DNA of 64,000 nucleotides from Lama glama (Eukaryota). Position numbers and translations under genes: made by a program. The notes under the pieces were generated by a model. It saw only the letters and a program-made list of their open reading frames with translations, searched no databases and was not told the DNA's origin. Shown here piece by piece: positions 1 through 12,679 of the stretch (the first letter of the stretch is position 1; each line of letters opens with the position of its first letter). The stretch is from contig CM052832.1 in the NCBI GenBank assembly GCA_028534125.1, positions 10,542,001-10,606,000 on the forward strand. Reading direction: 5' to 3'.

Positions 1-769
1 GAGGCTGGAAACTCACGGCTCGCCTTTTTGGAGGCTTCCTCCCACACAGGGACAGCAGGCCAGGTCAGCCGACAGCCTCTGCTGCCACTCTCTGAATCTC
101 AGCACTCCGGACATGCATGAACAAAGCCTCAAAGCCCTGGATTCTGGGCAAAAGAGAGTGAGGGTGTAGCTGACCCTTTGGGATGCAGTGAGCAGGTAAC
201 TGACTCTGGGCACTTCCATCATTGAAAGACAGGGCTCGTCTCCAGGCCTGGAGCTGAAATCCTGGGTCTGTAGCAGGTAATCTGAGCATCAAACCCTGAA
301 TGAGACAATGTTGGGCAGTCAGGAAAATCCAGCCCAGTTCCCAGCCAGTCCTGCTATCTTTTGGGCTTCATGGTCCCTCGGGTGGAGCTGTTGGGGGTTT
401 TGCCATCCCATCAGCTGATCCAGCCTCTTCCTGTCTCCAGGTCTGCTGCCCAGCCCGCGCATCCTGCCCCGCCCCCTCCAGGCGTGGAGAGCGGCTGCCT
501 CCACCTGTTCAGGTTTCCAGAGCTTGTTGGAGGGAATCAAAGCCTTCCTGTAGGAACTAATGGGGACAAAGTTCAGACTCTGAAAGGGTATTTTAAGCAA
601 ATGAATAAGCAACGACCAAGATGCGGGAACAAGGGGGAAGAAGCAAGAGCCAGACATCAAAACTTCACCTGGACCACATGGGGACCAGAAGGATGAGGGG
701 CGAGGCCGACCAGCCTGGTGGACCAATCATGCTAGGCAAGGGCATTATGGTATCATCTGTGAGGAGGCA

Positions 770-950
770 GATTCATTCATCCACTCACTCCTCATTCATT
801 CATTCAACAAATAGCTCTTGAGCACTTACTGTATGCCGGGTGCTGGAAGCACTGGGCTGTGGGGGCAAGGCAGACTTGAAGTTCAGTTCAGTGGGACTGA
901 TTTCAGAAGATCCCAGTAGTAAACCCTGCATGCAGGTCACCTCACAGAGC
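770..950 (-). mobile_element. L2 LINE 3' end fragment
   Basis: cattcattcaacaaata...gagcacttactgtatgccgggtgctg is the reverse complement of the L2 3' tail (tgaatgaa microsatellite end). Confidence 0.75.
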
Positions 951-1274
951 CTTTGTTCGATCTGTAGAGTCATGGGCTGGAGGGCCCTGTTGGTATTATC
1001 GTGCACACGAACCTGGAATGGGCAGACAGGGCTTGACCGTCAGACACTTATGGTCAGGGATCTGGTAACCAAAGTGGACGAAGTCAGAGAGAGATCCTCA
1101 ACCTGCCCCTGGCCCCAACCGCATCACTCACACACACATTCACACACGGGCACACACAATTACACACACATTCTCTCACACGCTCTTGTTCTGGCTTTTC
1201 CTCTCCCGCAGACACTGTCTTCAACGGGCCCCTTTCTGTCTGGCAGTGCAACTGACAGGAGGCTCAGGGACGAC

Positions 1275-1970
1275 AACATGGTTAGGGGATGAGCTGTCTG
1301 GAGTCAGACATCCCTAAATCTGATGCCTGGGCCTCCTGCCACCACCCAGCTCTGTCCTTAGCTACTATTTCTGACCCTTAGTACCTGCTCTGACGCATGG
1401 GGGTGACTTAGCCACTTACTTCACATTCACAGCGTTCTTGCAAGATTTAAATGAGATGAACGAGACCACGCCTGTGAAGTGGACACCTGTCTTTCTTTGA
1501 GGCAGCACCTCACTCCCTCCCTGTGAGGAAGGGTCTCCGGGGATGACTTGGCTCTGTCACTGGATGCATGTGCCCCAGACTCTGGGAGACCCTGAAACCT
1601 GACTCTCTGGCTGCTAGAACAGCTTTACGAGAAAGCAGTGGCTGTGCTGCTCCTTTGGAGGCCAGGGTCCAGCTGGCATCAGTGGGTTAAGCTTCAAGTC
1701 GAGCGCCAGCCGGCAGCGGTAGTGTCCAGACTTGGACCACTTTAGCAACATCGCCGTGGGTGTTATTCTTGAGTGGGTGGCCCCAGACCTTGTTTGTAGG
1801 CCCTTTGGAGTATCTATGAGCAACCAAAGATGTTTTTAGTAAATTCTAATCCTGTTTAAATCAACCAGAGTTCATTTCTGTTGCTTGCGTCTCAGAGAAT
1901 GGCCTGACAGTGTGTGAAGTGCTTGGCTGGCTGCCCAGAACACATAGCAAGTGCTCAATAAATGTGAGCA
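1275..1970 (+). mobile_element. MIR SINE interrupted by an MLT1 LTR
   Basis: The 5' part (ctggagtcagac...gatttaaatgagat) stops at ~1470. The MIR 3' end (tgtgaagtgcttgg...cacatagcaagtgctcaataaatg) resumes at ~1910. Confidence 0.65.
1472..1909 (+). mobile_element. MLT1 (ERVL-MaLR) solo LTR
   Basis: 3' end agtaaattc...aaccagagttcatttctgttgcttgc...cctgaca is typical of old MLT1 LTR termini. Confidence 0.6.
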
Positions 1971-2739
1971 ATCGGAGATGACATGCACGCACCTGGAAGG
2001 GGCAGATGCTGAGGGAGGGGCTGAGGGTGCTGTCACTTGCCAGCCTTCCAGCCCAGGTAGGTCAGGTTTATTTGTACAGGCAGGGGAGTGGGAGCAGCAG
2101 GAGAGGCATGGGGCAGTGTTCCCCATGAGTGGTCCTAAATGGGAGCCACACAGCTCCCTGCTGCATCCTGGCACCGGTGATTCCCTTTACTCTCCGGGTA
2201 AACAGACCTATATCTGTTGCTTGCCTTCATCATCTCCATCTCTGCTCAGACAAATCCCAGATCACTGGGCTTCAGGAAGGAACGCAGGAGAATGAGGGGG
2301 CCCATAAAGGCAGGGGGCTCACCCAGAAACCATTTCCCAGAGCTTGTGGGATCAGACTGCCCTCCTCCCCACTCCCTCTCCCCCTGGGTGCATGGGCCCT
2401 TTCTCTAAAACTATCCTGTCTCTGCAGGAGAGATACACATCACCTTTACCAGGAAGCCACGTGGAGTTGTTGTTCGGTTTGGGGACTGCAAAGGGCAGTA
2501 AGTGGGGCTTCCCTGCATCCAAGCTGGGTCCACCATTTCTTTCCTTGCCAGGGACTGTCCATGGTCAAGGATCATGTCCCTGTCCTAAGCACAGTTCTCT
2601 GCCCCAGGTCCCTCGCCAATGCACTCTATAGGACCACAGAGTGTAGGCGGTGAACAACTCCACATGACAGAAACTCAATGCATCAATAAGCTGCAGGAAA
2701 GAAAAAGGATGTGAAGACTTAGAGATTTAAAAACACTGT

Positions 2740-3420
2740 CTCACTTTTGTTGCTTGCATCCCCATGGTATCCTCTAACATGTCCGTCTGTCTGCTGTAAT
2801 TCCTGCAAAGTACAGACTGGATCCACAGACTTGAGCACATTCAGGTTTATCTCTGTGTGTGTCTCTCTGTGTTTCTGTCTCTCTGTCTCTCCAGGTCAGC
2901 CTCACAGTGAGAACTGTGCTACAAAAAAATATAAACACACCTCAGTGAGGGAATGTTAACTTTTTTCTTTTTCCTTTTGCATCTTATTGATGAAATTGGG
3001 TTGTTTGTTCTGTGCAGTTTTCCACAGTCTGGCTTTTACGAATTCTCTCCCGTGGGAATCTTTTAACATGTTCCTCTATCCTCTGTCCTGCAAATTGGCA
3101 GCTGGACCCACAGGCTTGAGCAATCAGGTCTCTCTCTCCCCCTCCTTCCCGCAGTCCCTTTTCTTTTTCCTTTCTTTCCTTCCCTCCTTTTTTCTCTTTG
3201 ACAAGGCTACCTCCTGGGTGGTATATTCATCCATCAGAAGTCCCCCAAATGTACCTGCCTTTCTTTTTGTACCCATTAGTGGCCCAGTGAGCAATGATCC
3301 ACTCATTCACAGGAGTTGCAAAATGGTGCCACTTTAATTTTATTATTCTTTCTTCATTTATTAGCTGGAGTCTTTATTTCTTGGCAGGACTACATCTTTA
3401 AAGAGAAATGTCCCCAGATC
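2740..3420 (-). mobile_element. Old L1 (L1MC-like) 3' UTR fragment
   Basis: Two diverged copies (~2775, ~3063) of taacatgt...cctgcaaa...ctggayccacagrcttgagca...caggt, resembling the antisense L1MC4-type 3' UTR. Confidence 0.45.
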
Positions 3421-3913
3421 TACTCCCCGGCCTCAGTGGGACAATGTATATGGGAAACCTCCATGGCTTCCCCCAGCCCCCACCCCCTACCCCTGAGCCA
3501 GTACTCTCAGCGTTCCAGCCCAGATGCTAGGTAAGAAAAAAACCCATGGCAGGAAAAAGGCTTGAGCTCATCCAGTGTGTCCACCCAGCAGGAGTCACCA
3601 CCCTCACACCAATCTGTCTGATTGGGTCTGAACAGGAAGGGGTGCTTGGCTTGGATCTTGCTCTCAGGGGACCCTTCTGTCTGGGGCACAAATACTGATT
3701 TAAAAAAAGTAGTGTACTTTCTTGTTGGCATGGTGGGTCATCCTCATGGGGGTCCAACTGTATCCTTAGGATGGGGAAATTGTCTTTACAGTTGATTCCA
3801 TTCCTGTACTCACTCTGCTAAATACCAGGAACATGCAACCATGTAAGTTTTGGAATTTGGAGGTAACAGAAAGGAAGGAGTGCTGACATTATGCCATCAA
3901 AAAGCAAATTACT

Positions 3914-4304
3914 AGTTATTCTCTATATCTGTGAGTCTGTTTTTTTGTGATATTCACTAGTTTGTTTTATTTTTTAGATATCACATATAAGTGATAACAT
4001 TAGTATTTGTCTTTGTCTGACTTATTTCACTTAACATAATACCTCCAAGTCCATCCATGTTGCTGCAAATGGCAAATTTTCATTTTTTTCATGGCTGAGT
4101 AGTATTTCAACATGTGTATATACCATACCTTCTTTATCTGTTCATCTGGGAAGGGGGGAGGGGCAAAATAGGGGTAGGGGATTAGAAGGTACAAACTACT
4201 ATGTATAAAATAAAGAAGCTACAAGGATGCATTGTATAGCACAGGGAATATAGCCAATATTTTGTTCATCAACTATACCTCAATTTAAAAAAAAAAGAAA
4301 AGAA
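3914..4304 (+). mobile_element. 5'-inverted (twin-primed) truncated L1 with 15-bp TSD
   Basis: 3914-4148 is antisense L1 ORF2 end/3' UTR. 4149-4304 is sense L1 3' UTR plus poly(A). Flanked by AAAAAGCAAATTACT at 3899-3913 and 4305-4319. Confidence 0.9.
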
Positions 4305-4884
4305 AAAAAGCAAATTACTTTAAATTATATTTTAAATGTCTGCTTTGAAAGCTTCGATTTCCCAACAGTTTTTGGAATGACTTGTCCTCCCTCTCCCTGT
4401 CCCCTGCCCCCGTCTGTCTCCTGTCCCTGTCTTTTGCCTCCTCCCTTTTCCAAAGAAGCCCCAGATCGTGACTGCGTGTTGTCTGCCCAGGGCCTCTCCC
4501 TCCATGCCCCGTCAGAGTCTGTAACAAAGGGGAATCAGGCTCTTCCAGCTGCTAGGGTAAAGTGATTCTATCAGTTGGGATTTTAAATAAATTTGTATTT
4601 CTCTGTTTTAACAATTATTTAGAAACTGAAGCTAAGATACCTGACAAACTTGCCCAAGGTTTCCAAGGTAATGAGGCCTGGAGTTGTGATTCAGATACAG
4701 AACATGTGTCCCTGTCCTCCACGGTTATCCACCCATCACAGGAGCCGGCACCTCTCTGCAGCATGTGGCTGACATACAGCCCGCCCAAGAACACTCGGAG
4801 AAGGACAGATTTATCTAACGGGAATCGGAGCTGCACTTACGCAGGACTTTTGCGGAGAGCCTTTAAAAGCAAGCTACTTGGGGC

Positions 4885-5300
4885 AGAGTGTAGTGCAGTT
4901 TAACAGTTGCGAGAGAAAAATCCACAGACACACTGCTTCAGCTCCGATCCCATTTTCACCAATTACCTATGCGTCGTGTGGTCACGACGTAGATACTGCT
5001 TAGCCTTTCTGTGCGTCGGTGCCCTGACTGAGCAACTGGGGTAATAGGAGTGTCTACCCCTAGGGTAGCTCTGAGGTAATGGATTAAAAGTTTGTAGTAT
5101 TAGCATCGCCTGCATGTATGTTAGAAATGAAAAATCTCAGGCCCCTCCTGGAGCCACGGCAGGCTTGGCAGCTGTCTGTTGAACACACCCCGTAAGCAAA
5201 GCTGATGTACGTTAAAGTTTGAGAGCCACTGGCTTAACACATGTGAAGCACTTGGAATAACATGTGGGACATACTAAGTGCTCAATAAATGTTAACAGTG
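4885..5300 (+). mobile_element. MIR SINE with nested MER5A-like DNA transposon (~5080-5232)
   Basis: MIR 5' part and 3' end (cacatgtgaagcactt...taagtgctcaataaatgtt) flank gcatcgcctg...tgttagaaatgaaaaatctcaggccc...aaagtttgagagccactg. Confidence 0.7.
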
Positions 5301-5774
5301 TATTATTACTGTCACTATTACTGTTACTATTACTATTACTATTACTATTAGCAAGGGCTTTCATTACCCTCAGGGTCTTGGGAGGAGTTTGGCCCAGCTC
5401 CCGAGGAGAAAAGGCTAACCAAGCACCATTTTCAAGCCCAGTAAGCCTCCTGGGTCCTAGTGGACTGGTCTTTCTTGTTTTGTCCAGTGCAGAATTTCCA
5501 GGTCCCAGAGCAGTGCTTGGGACATAACCTAAACTTCACAATTATTCCCTCTATGAAAGTGCTGTCTCCTTTCTGTCTCATCTGTTAGTCTGGTCTTAAG
5601 GAAAGCAGAAAACACTAGGGCCGAGGAAACACCCTTCTCGCAGGAGCACTCTCTGCCTATGCAGGGCTTGGTTTTCATGCCCCTTTGTTTCTGTGAGTTA
5701 ATTAGGGTGCGTGGGCCTGTGTGTGGCGGGGGGTGTTACCAGGCCCTTGTGTTTACATCACGATGTATCAATAA

Positions 5775-6565
5775 GAAAAAGACTATTTAAGAGGAAAAAA
5801 TGAATAAAAAGCTAGCTTCCTTCGCAGAAAAGGATAGCCACATGGCCAATAAACATGAAAAGAAGCTCAGCATCATTTGTCTGTAGGAAAGTGCGTATTA
5901 AAACCACAAGATGCCACGGCACACCTGGGTAAGGAAAAGGATGAGAGATCCTGGGAGGAAGATATGGAGTAATGAGTGCTCATACATGGCGAGTGGGAGA
6001 GTCAATGGATAAAACCCCTTTGACAACTGGTTGGAAATATTGGTATTTCCATTCCTGGGTATGAGATACCCAGCAGAAATACATCCATGTATCCTTCTGA
6101 AAGACGTGTATTAGAATGTTCATAAAAACACTATTTTTAATGGATGTAAACTAGAATACCCAAGCAAGACTCGTTTGTCAAGAGTGTAATGGATAAATTA
6201 AGGGAAGTATATTCACACAGTAGAATATTACACAGCAACGAGAATGAAAGACTTACAATCACACTCAACAACCTGGAAAAATCTGCCAAACATACTCTTA
6301 AGGGGAAGAAGCCAGACATGAGAGGATATGTATATACTGTTTGATTCCGTTTATCTGAGGCTCAGTAACAGACAAAACTAGAGTAGTGGCTACTCCTTGG
6401 GAGGGTAGTAACTAGAAGGCAGCACCAGGGGGCTTCCGAGGTGCTGGGAGGGAACCCTGGTCTGAATGCTAATCACACGAATGTATTTGGTTTGTAAAAA
6501 TTAATTGCAGAGTACAATTCTGATGAGTGCATGTCTCTGCATGATTATTTCAACAAAAAGTTACA
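5775..6565 (+). mobile_element. L1ME-type LINE, ORF2 end and 3' UTR
   Basis: atggccaataaacatgaaaagaagctcagcatc...ttaaaaccacaagatgccac...ttccattcctgggtat...gaagccagaca; degenerate L1 3' region. Confidence 0.8.
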
Positions 6566-7226
6566 CAGGTTAAAAGATCATGGAATGGCAGATGGTTTGT
6601 ATCTTCTACTGTTCCCAAGGGGGCAGCCCGGTGGAGGGGAAAGGCAGTCCAGAATCCAAGATCCGGACCCTGAGCTCAGGCCTCTTAGGCATTCCAAGAA
6701 TTAGTGTCGTTATCAGTAGGTGACAAGAGAATCCAGACTTAAGGGAAAGAAATCACCCAAAGTTGATATGTGGTGGCTGGCACAGCCAGGGACCCTGCCT
6801 CGGCCGCGTGCAAGGAGGTAGCCGAGGTTCTGGCCATTGGCCCTTAGAATCCACGAGGTGGTGTGTGCAGAGGGGCCTGTCCACAGTGGCCCAGGAGAGC
6901 TATGTGGACTGCTCTTGTCAGTAATCTCTGAGCCAGAGATACATCTGTGCACTTCTCCACTACGTCCCAACTTCAGGCTCATTCTTTCCAGTAGCATGCT
7001 CTTGTTCTTTCTTGAAAGTGATTACAATTCCTAAATGAGCACACAAAAATAAACCTCTTCATTAACCAGAGTTAAAAAGGGTACCACCCGAGTGGAACTT
7101 GCACCAGAATGCAGTAGAAGCACAGCAGCATATGCCGGACTAATTACCCCTGTCTCTGCAGATGGATGTGTTCAGCACAGCGGTTATGTGACGGGGTGGG
7201 GTGACAGGACGCTGCTCTGTTTAGGG

Positions 7227-7530
7227 CAGCATTTCTGAAGGTGTTGTGCAGAATGCTAGTCCCATGAGATGTTAATTGGGGCCATAAAGTGATAATTCCA
7301 TGCTTAAATATATTTTGGGAACTGCTAGGTGAAATGTTATTTTGTTTGTTTGTTTATTTGTTTTTCTGCAGGACTTCTCAGAGCCTTTACTATGCGGTGG
7401 GCATAAGGAATCACCAAGATGGGGATCAAGTAGGTAGCATTTCTCTGACTTATTTGATTTCTCAACCGTTTTTGATTTGAAGGGCACCTTGTGAAAAGTG
7501 TTCCCCCGTGCCCATAATGAAAAACTGGCA
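7227..7530. mobile_element. MER103-like hAT-Charlie DNA transposon
   Basis: ctgcaggacttctcagagccttta...caagatgggg...acttatttga matches the recalled MER103C consensus. Confidence 0.6.
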
Positions 7531-8169
7531 CAGGTCCAATCTTGGTCCAAGAGTCAGGAGACCTAGCTTACAGATCCAGAGTACTTATCAATCAGCAAGA
7601 CACCTTGGGCAAGTCCTTTTTTTCTTGGAGCCTCAGTTAGTTGGAAGGAAATCACCTGAAAAGCAAGGATATGGATTTGCTAGAGAGAGCGGGTAATGGT
7701 GTTCTAACCATTATCTTACTACTTTTCAACTTTTTTTGTATTTAATAGTGTGGTGTTGGGCAACATGACTTATTTATACATGGGGCAAATGCTGTTGATA
7801 ACTAACCCAATAGCTGTGACCCTCCTTTTGCTGAGATGGATGCTCCATGCCTTTAAGACCTGGCTTCGGAAGTCATGTATCAACACTCCACTGCGTTCTG
7901 TGTCACACAGGCCCACTCTGACTCAGCATCAGAGGGGACTACACGAGGGGTGAACACCAGGAGGTGAAATCGTGGAGGACCATCCGGAATGCCGGCTTCC
8001 GCAACCCCATCTCTAAATCCTGACATTCCTTGTCTATGATGCAGCAATACCCCTCCCACCAAGGGAAGTACAGATGAGACCACATCTTCCTAAGGTTTCC
8101 TAAAGTGCTCCTGGCCCTCTGGGATGAGATATTTTCTGGAACAAGAACCCTAAGTGTAAACTCATTTTC

Positions 8170-8290
8170 TATTTAATTTTTGCAAGAACTCTGAAACAGG
8201 TGCTATTTTGATCAAATCCCATTTCATAGATTGGGACACTGAGGCCCAGAGAGGTTGAAATTGCATAAGGTCAGAACTCACACCCAGAGC
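8170..8290 (-). mobile_element. MIR fragment
   Basis: cccatttcatagattgggacactgaggcccagagaggtt is the antisense MIR core. Confidence 0.75.
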
Positions 8291-9174
8291 CTATGTTACC
8301 CATACTTCCTGGAGCCAGGCTCAGCCGCAGAGGGGTGGACCATGCCTCTGCCCCTTGTTCCCTCCCAGCCTTGAGCCCGTGTTCTCTCTGCAGCCTGGAA
8401 GTAGGACACAAATGCCCCCACTCCAGGGGTGCACTTGGCAGTGTCCAGGCAGCTGCCCTCTGTCCCCAACCCACAGTGCTCACTTCTTCCTGCTCCCACC
8501 CCATCTGGAAGGACTTGCACCCCAAGAACTTGCTTGGAGACTGGAAGTCCCTGTGTCCTTTTCATATTTCTTATGCACCTTGAGCTAATGGTGTTAGCAC
8601 CAGAACAAAACAGTGCATCCCTGCTTAAGGGAGTGATAATGGAGTCTGATAAGTCAGAACAAGAAGTGATTTCGTTGTGAGCTGGCATATTAGGGCTTAG
8701 CTGTAAAACTGCCCTTTTCTTTAACTGCCAGTGGCAAGTGAAAAGCTCCTGAATGCAGATTTATTAAATGTTGTGGACTTAGATAAGATGATTTAAAGTT
8801 CATGCTTCTGTTCCTGATCTGGCTATCGCCAAGAAGCCTGAACAAAGACTTAACCCATCTCAGCAATTTGCCTGTGTTTGAGTGAGACAAATGAGCAGTT
8901 TCTCAGCCTCCAGAGTCTGAGGACAGGAGGGAGAACCCTGAGTCTGGAGCAGCATCCGAAGAAGGCACTGCCTTTCCCTGGGGGGAAAGGGTCAGAAGAA
9001 ACATCAGATGTTCTGACTTGACAAATGTCCCTGGAGAGCCAGTGTGATCGGTCACAAGTGTGTCCGTGTGTGTGGTTACCAAGAGTGGGGTGTGGGGCAC
9101 CATTCGGGTGGACACAGGTGTGTAATGGTGGGAAGCTGGGAGGGTTGTGGTTGGGAGTACAGGCCCCGGAGATG

Positions 9175-9350
9175 CGCTGGACTGTGGGCTCTGCGTAGGC
9201 CGCCAGGAACCCCCAGTGGGCTCCCTCATCTATGAAATCAAGATGGTAACAACCAGGGCACCTCTCTGAAAGGTTCTTGTGAGGATGAAATGAGGTAAAA
9301 CCTGCAGAGCCCTTCAAACATTGCCTGACATATTGTAAGCACTTACACCA
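9175..9350 (+). mobile_element. MIR fragment
   Basis: cctcatctatgaaat...gttcttgtgaggatgaaatgag...tgcctgacatattgtaagcactt. Confidence 0.7.
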
Positions 9351-10551
9351 CTGCCTTCTTTTATTTCCTGTTTTGAGTCTGTATCTGCATGGACTCCTGT
9401 GTAGGAAACGTGCGTTTTTCTGCATCTGGATTCAGTGTGCGCATGTGCATACGTAAGGGCTTCTGCGTGGAGTTGTTCAGATCACTTCTGGAATGAAAGA
9501 CAATGATCTGCCTGGTGGTGGGGACCCACCCCCCTTCCCAGGCAGCATGTGGGACCCACACCTTCTACTTGAAGAGCCCACCTGGCCCTGGACAGCTACA
9601 GAAAGTCCTCCCATCGCTGCAGAGGCCTCCTGTGCCAGGGGCGGGGTAGGGGAGGACAGGCAAATAACTGGATGACCCAGTGTCGGAGGCAGAGAATCAA
9701 AGTCTTACCCCTCGGTATAATTAAACTCATATGGTTTAACGGAGATCCAAGGAGCCAGGGATAACTCTGGCTGATTTTACTCTAATTCTTGTATCTTAAC
9801 AAATTGGGAGTTTGCTGGTTCATTGCACTGCAAGGCCCCCTAGGTCTCTCTGCCATCAGTGCTCCTGGGGCCTGGGGGCTTTATGGACAGGGAGTCAGCC
9901 AAGCCTAACGCTGCTGGGACTGCCATGTGCCACCTGCCCCTGGCCGCTGCGTTTGAAATATGGCTTTATGAGCAAGTTGGTAATTCATCCCCATGAAAGG
10001 ATTCAGGCTACATTCTGTAGATCAGAAAACTGAGTCTAAGATCAGTGAGATGGCTTAACCAGAGCCCTGGTAACAGCCTTTCTCCTTCGGGGTTAATGTT
10101 CAGAGTGCTTTGGAATGACTCTATGGAAGGAAACACTTCCTTCCAGTCCCAGTAACTTACCCAGCAGGGACAGTGTCAGGCGTGTTCCCACGTCCCTACT
10201 TCCGCGCCGGCTTCCCATTGCTCACAGCGATTCAGCCATAGCTTTCCCCGCTTAGTCCAGGCGTCCTTATCCTGTGCACCCTGGAATGACACACTGACCC
10301 TCATTTACGTGTCAGAACCTGTCCTCCCAGCAGTGGGGATGGAACACCACACGTCCTTGCTGGCTGTGCTTGTCACTGATGTTCTATTTTTGAGAGGAGG
10401 CAGAGAGCTGGGAAACCATGACGTCCACTGGACCACTGGGGGCTCTGGCCATGACCTTGGCAGCTTGGTGTGGTGGAAGGGACCCAGCCAGGGTGGAAGC
10501 TGGGGGTGAGGACCTGTTTCTTCACCTGCAATTGAAGGGCTTCAATTAGAG

Positions 10552-10720
10552 CAGTGGTCCGGAGACTTTGGAGAGCATGAGATTCACCCAGAGCACTTGT
10601 TACAGGTGGATTTCCAGCCCTCAGATGCTGATGTTCTAATGCAGAAGGTGTGGGCTGGGCTGGGCACTCATCTTTAACAGGTGTCTCAAGTCATTTCATT
10701 CATATGTTCTCTAGATCGTA
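10552..10720. mobile_element. MER5-like hAT DNA transposon
   Basis: cagtggtc...gcatgagattcacccagagcacttgtta...gggctgggcactcatctttaacaggtg; lies next to a MIR piece at ~10430-10550. Confidence 0.55.
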
Positions 10721-11029
10721 CCTAAGGTCTCTCCCAGCTCTTAAATTTGGGGGCCTTCTAGTCCTTGGTTCAGTAGAGCACAAGGGCCATCTCTCGTGGA
10801 CATGTTGAGAATGGGCAGTGGGTGGTGGTTTTTACTGTGATACTGGAGGCGATAACGTCACGTACCCCATCCACCCATAGACTGCGGCACAGGTAGGAGG
10901 CACTGTGGGCTGTGTGCAGTTCTGGGAAGATTAAATAGCTACAAATCTGCCCCTTCCTATAGAGACCATGGCAGGATAGATAGGTGACCCTTTATGCACC
11001 CAGGAGCTCAGGAAAATATGTTGGCATAA

Positions 11030-11800
11030 TCATAGCTCTCCTTTTCTCACATCCCCGTCCATCAGCAATTCCTGCCAGCTCCACTTTCAAAATCTGCCTC
11101 AATGTGACTGCATCCCACTGCCTATGGTTACCATCCTAGTTTGATCTACTGTTGTCTCTTTTTTGAACAACCTCCTAACTGGTCTCCTGTTTCACGCGTG
11201 CCCTTTCTGATCTATTGCCCACATAGCAGCCAGAGGGGTCCTTTTAAAGCATGTCACTCATTTGTGCAAAATCCTCCAGGGGCGTCATACCACACCTCAA
11301 ATAAAATGCCCTCCCACCTCCCTAACCTCATCTCCCAACACTCTTGTCTTCACTCCCTCTGTTCCAATCACATGGACTCCTTGGTCTCCTCATTGCTCCT
11401 TGAACACACCAAACCTGCTCCCACCTCAGGGCCTTTGCACTTGCTGTTTCCTCTGCCTGGAATGCTCTATCCTTACATAGCTGCATGGTTTGCTCCCTTG
11501 CTTCATTCAGATGTACCTCAAATGGCAAAGAGAGAGTTCCGTTCTTCTCTGATGAGCCTTTGTAGAATAATACCCACTGCGTGTGTTATTCTCTTAATCA
11601 GCTTTATTTTTCATGTGAGTGTGTGTATGTATGTGTTGGTGTATTTGCTTAAAGCATTTTACTCTCAGGGAGGATGTAAGTTCCTTCAAGGCAGGGAGGC
11701 TGATTGTTTTCTTTTCTGTTTCCAAAGCCTAGACCTGCCTGGGAGACAATAGGCTCTCAAAATACTCATGATGAAAAATGAAATGAGTGGGTGAATGGCT
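11030..11800 (+). mobile_element. L2 LINE 3' region
   Basis: cctcctaactggtctcctg...ccacatagcagccagagg...cctcagggcctttgcacttgctgtttcctctgcctggaatgctct...tgtaagttccttcaaggcaggga; classic L2. Confidence 0.9.
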
Positions 11801-12207
11801 GAGTGACGTGACAGTACGTCAGACATCACCCTAAACCTTGTCTGATTTTTTTTAAACAAGGGAATTAGTCATGAGCTTTGTAATTTCCAATATCTTATGA
11901 ACATGTTGTGAGTAATATGCTCATCTCTGCCTCAGTGATTGGCATGAGCTGGTTGGACTCTCGTGTCACATCAGCGTGGGTTGCTGGGGCCGTGCAAATG
12001 CTTGTCTCTGGTTTGAAGAAAGTGCCTGAAATAGCCCATTGCCATTCAGTCTGGATTCATTCTCCTCACATAGCAGGCGTGACTCCCCAGCCCTGATGAG
12101 GGCCTGCAGTGTGGGATTCTCCACTTTGATACCTTGTGCTGTACTGGTGGTGAAGTGACACTTTGCCTTCCCAAGATACCTCGACATTTAAAATATCTGT
12201 CGTATTT

Positions 12208-12326
12208 ACTGTACCAGCTTGTTGGGACTGCCATAACAATGTACCACAGTCCAGGTGACTTAAACAACAGAAAAGTCTGGCGGCTGAAAGTCTGAGATCA
12301 AGGTGCCGGCAGAGCTGTTTTCTTCT
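12208..12326 (-). mobile_element. MLT1 LTR fragment
   Basis: gactgccataacaatgtaccacag...acttaaacaacagaaa...tctgagatcaaggtgccggcag is an antisense MLT1 3' terminus. Confidence 0.75.
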
Positions 12327-12679
12327 AAAAGAAATGACTTACAGATATACTTAAACATACTGAATTGACAGCTAAATTGAATGAAATGTTTCTCACAGCA
12401 GTTATCATTTTGCCATTTACTCCAATTAAATTCAAGGTCTGTATCCCTCATCTCTTTCCTGAGTTGTGGAAGTTCCAGCTGGGGCATCCACAGATGAACG
12501 CCTCTAGTGGGGAAGGAAATGGGAGGCTATGAAGGAGGGGCTTCCGGGAACCTCATCCTGGCTGTAAACTCAGCAACTCCTTTTATCCGTTTTTATACGT
12601 TAGGAATGAGGTTTCTGCATGTTGGCCCTACCCAGGGAACTCTCGGCTAATCAGTCATGGTAATGAATACTGCAGGGCT

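Noticed and set aside
3500..3540. Plus-strand donor TAG|GTAAGA
   Set aside because: Isolated donor beside an old L1 fragment, with no supporting acceptor or reading frame.
11141..11752. 203-aa ORF
   Set aside because: Lies wholly within a decayed L2; PTSGPLHLLFPLPG is a typical spurious L2 translation.
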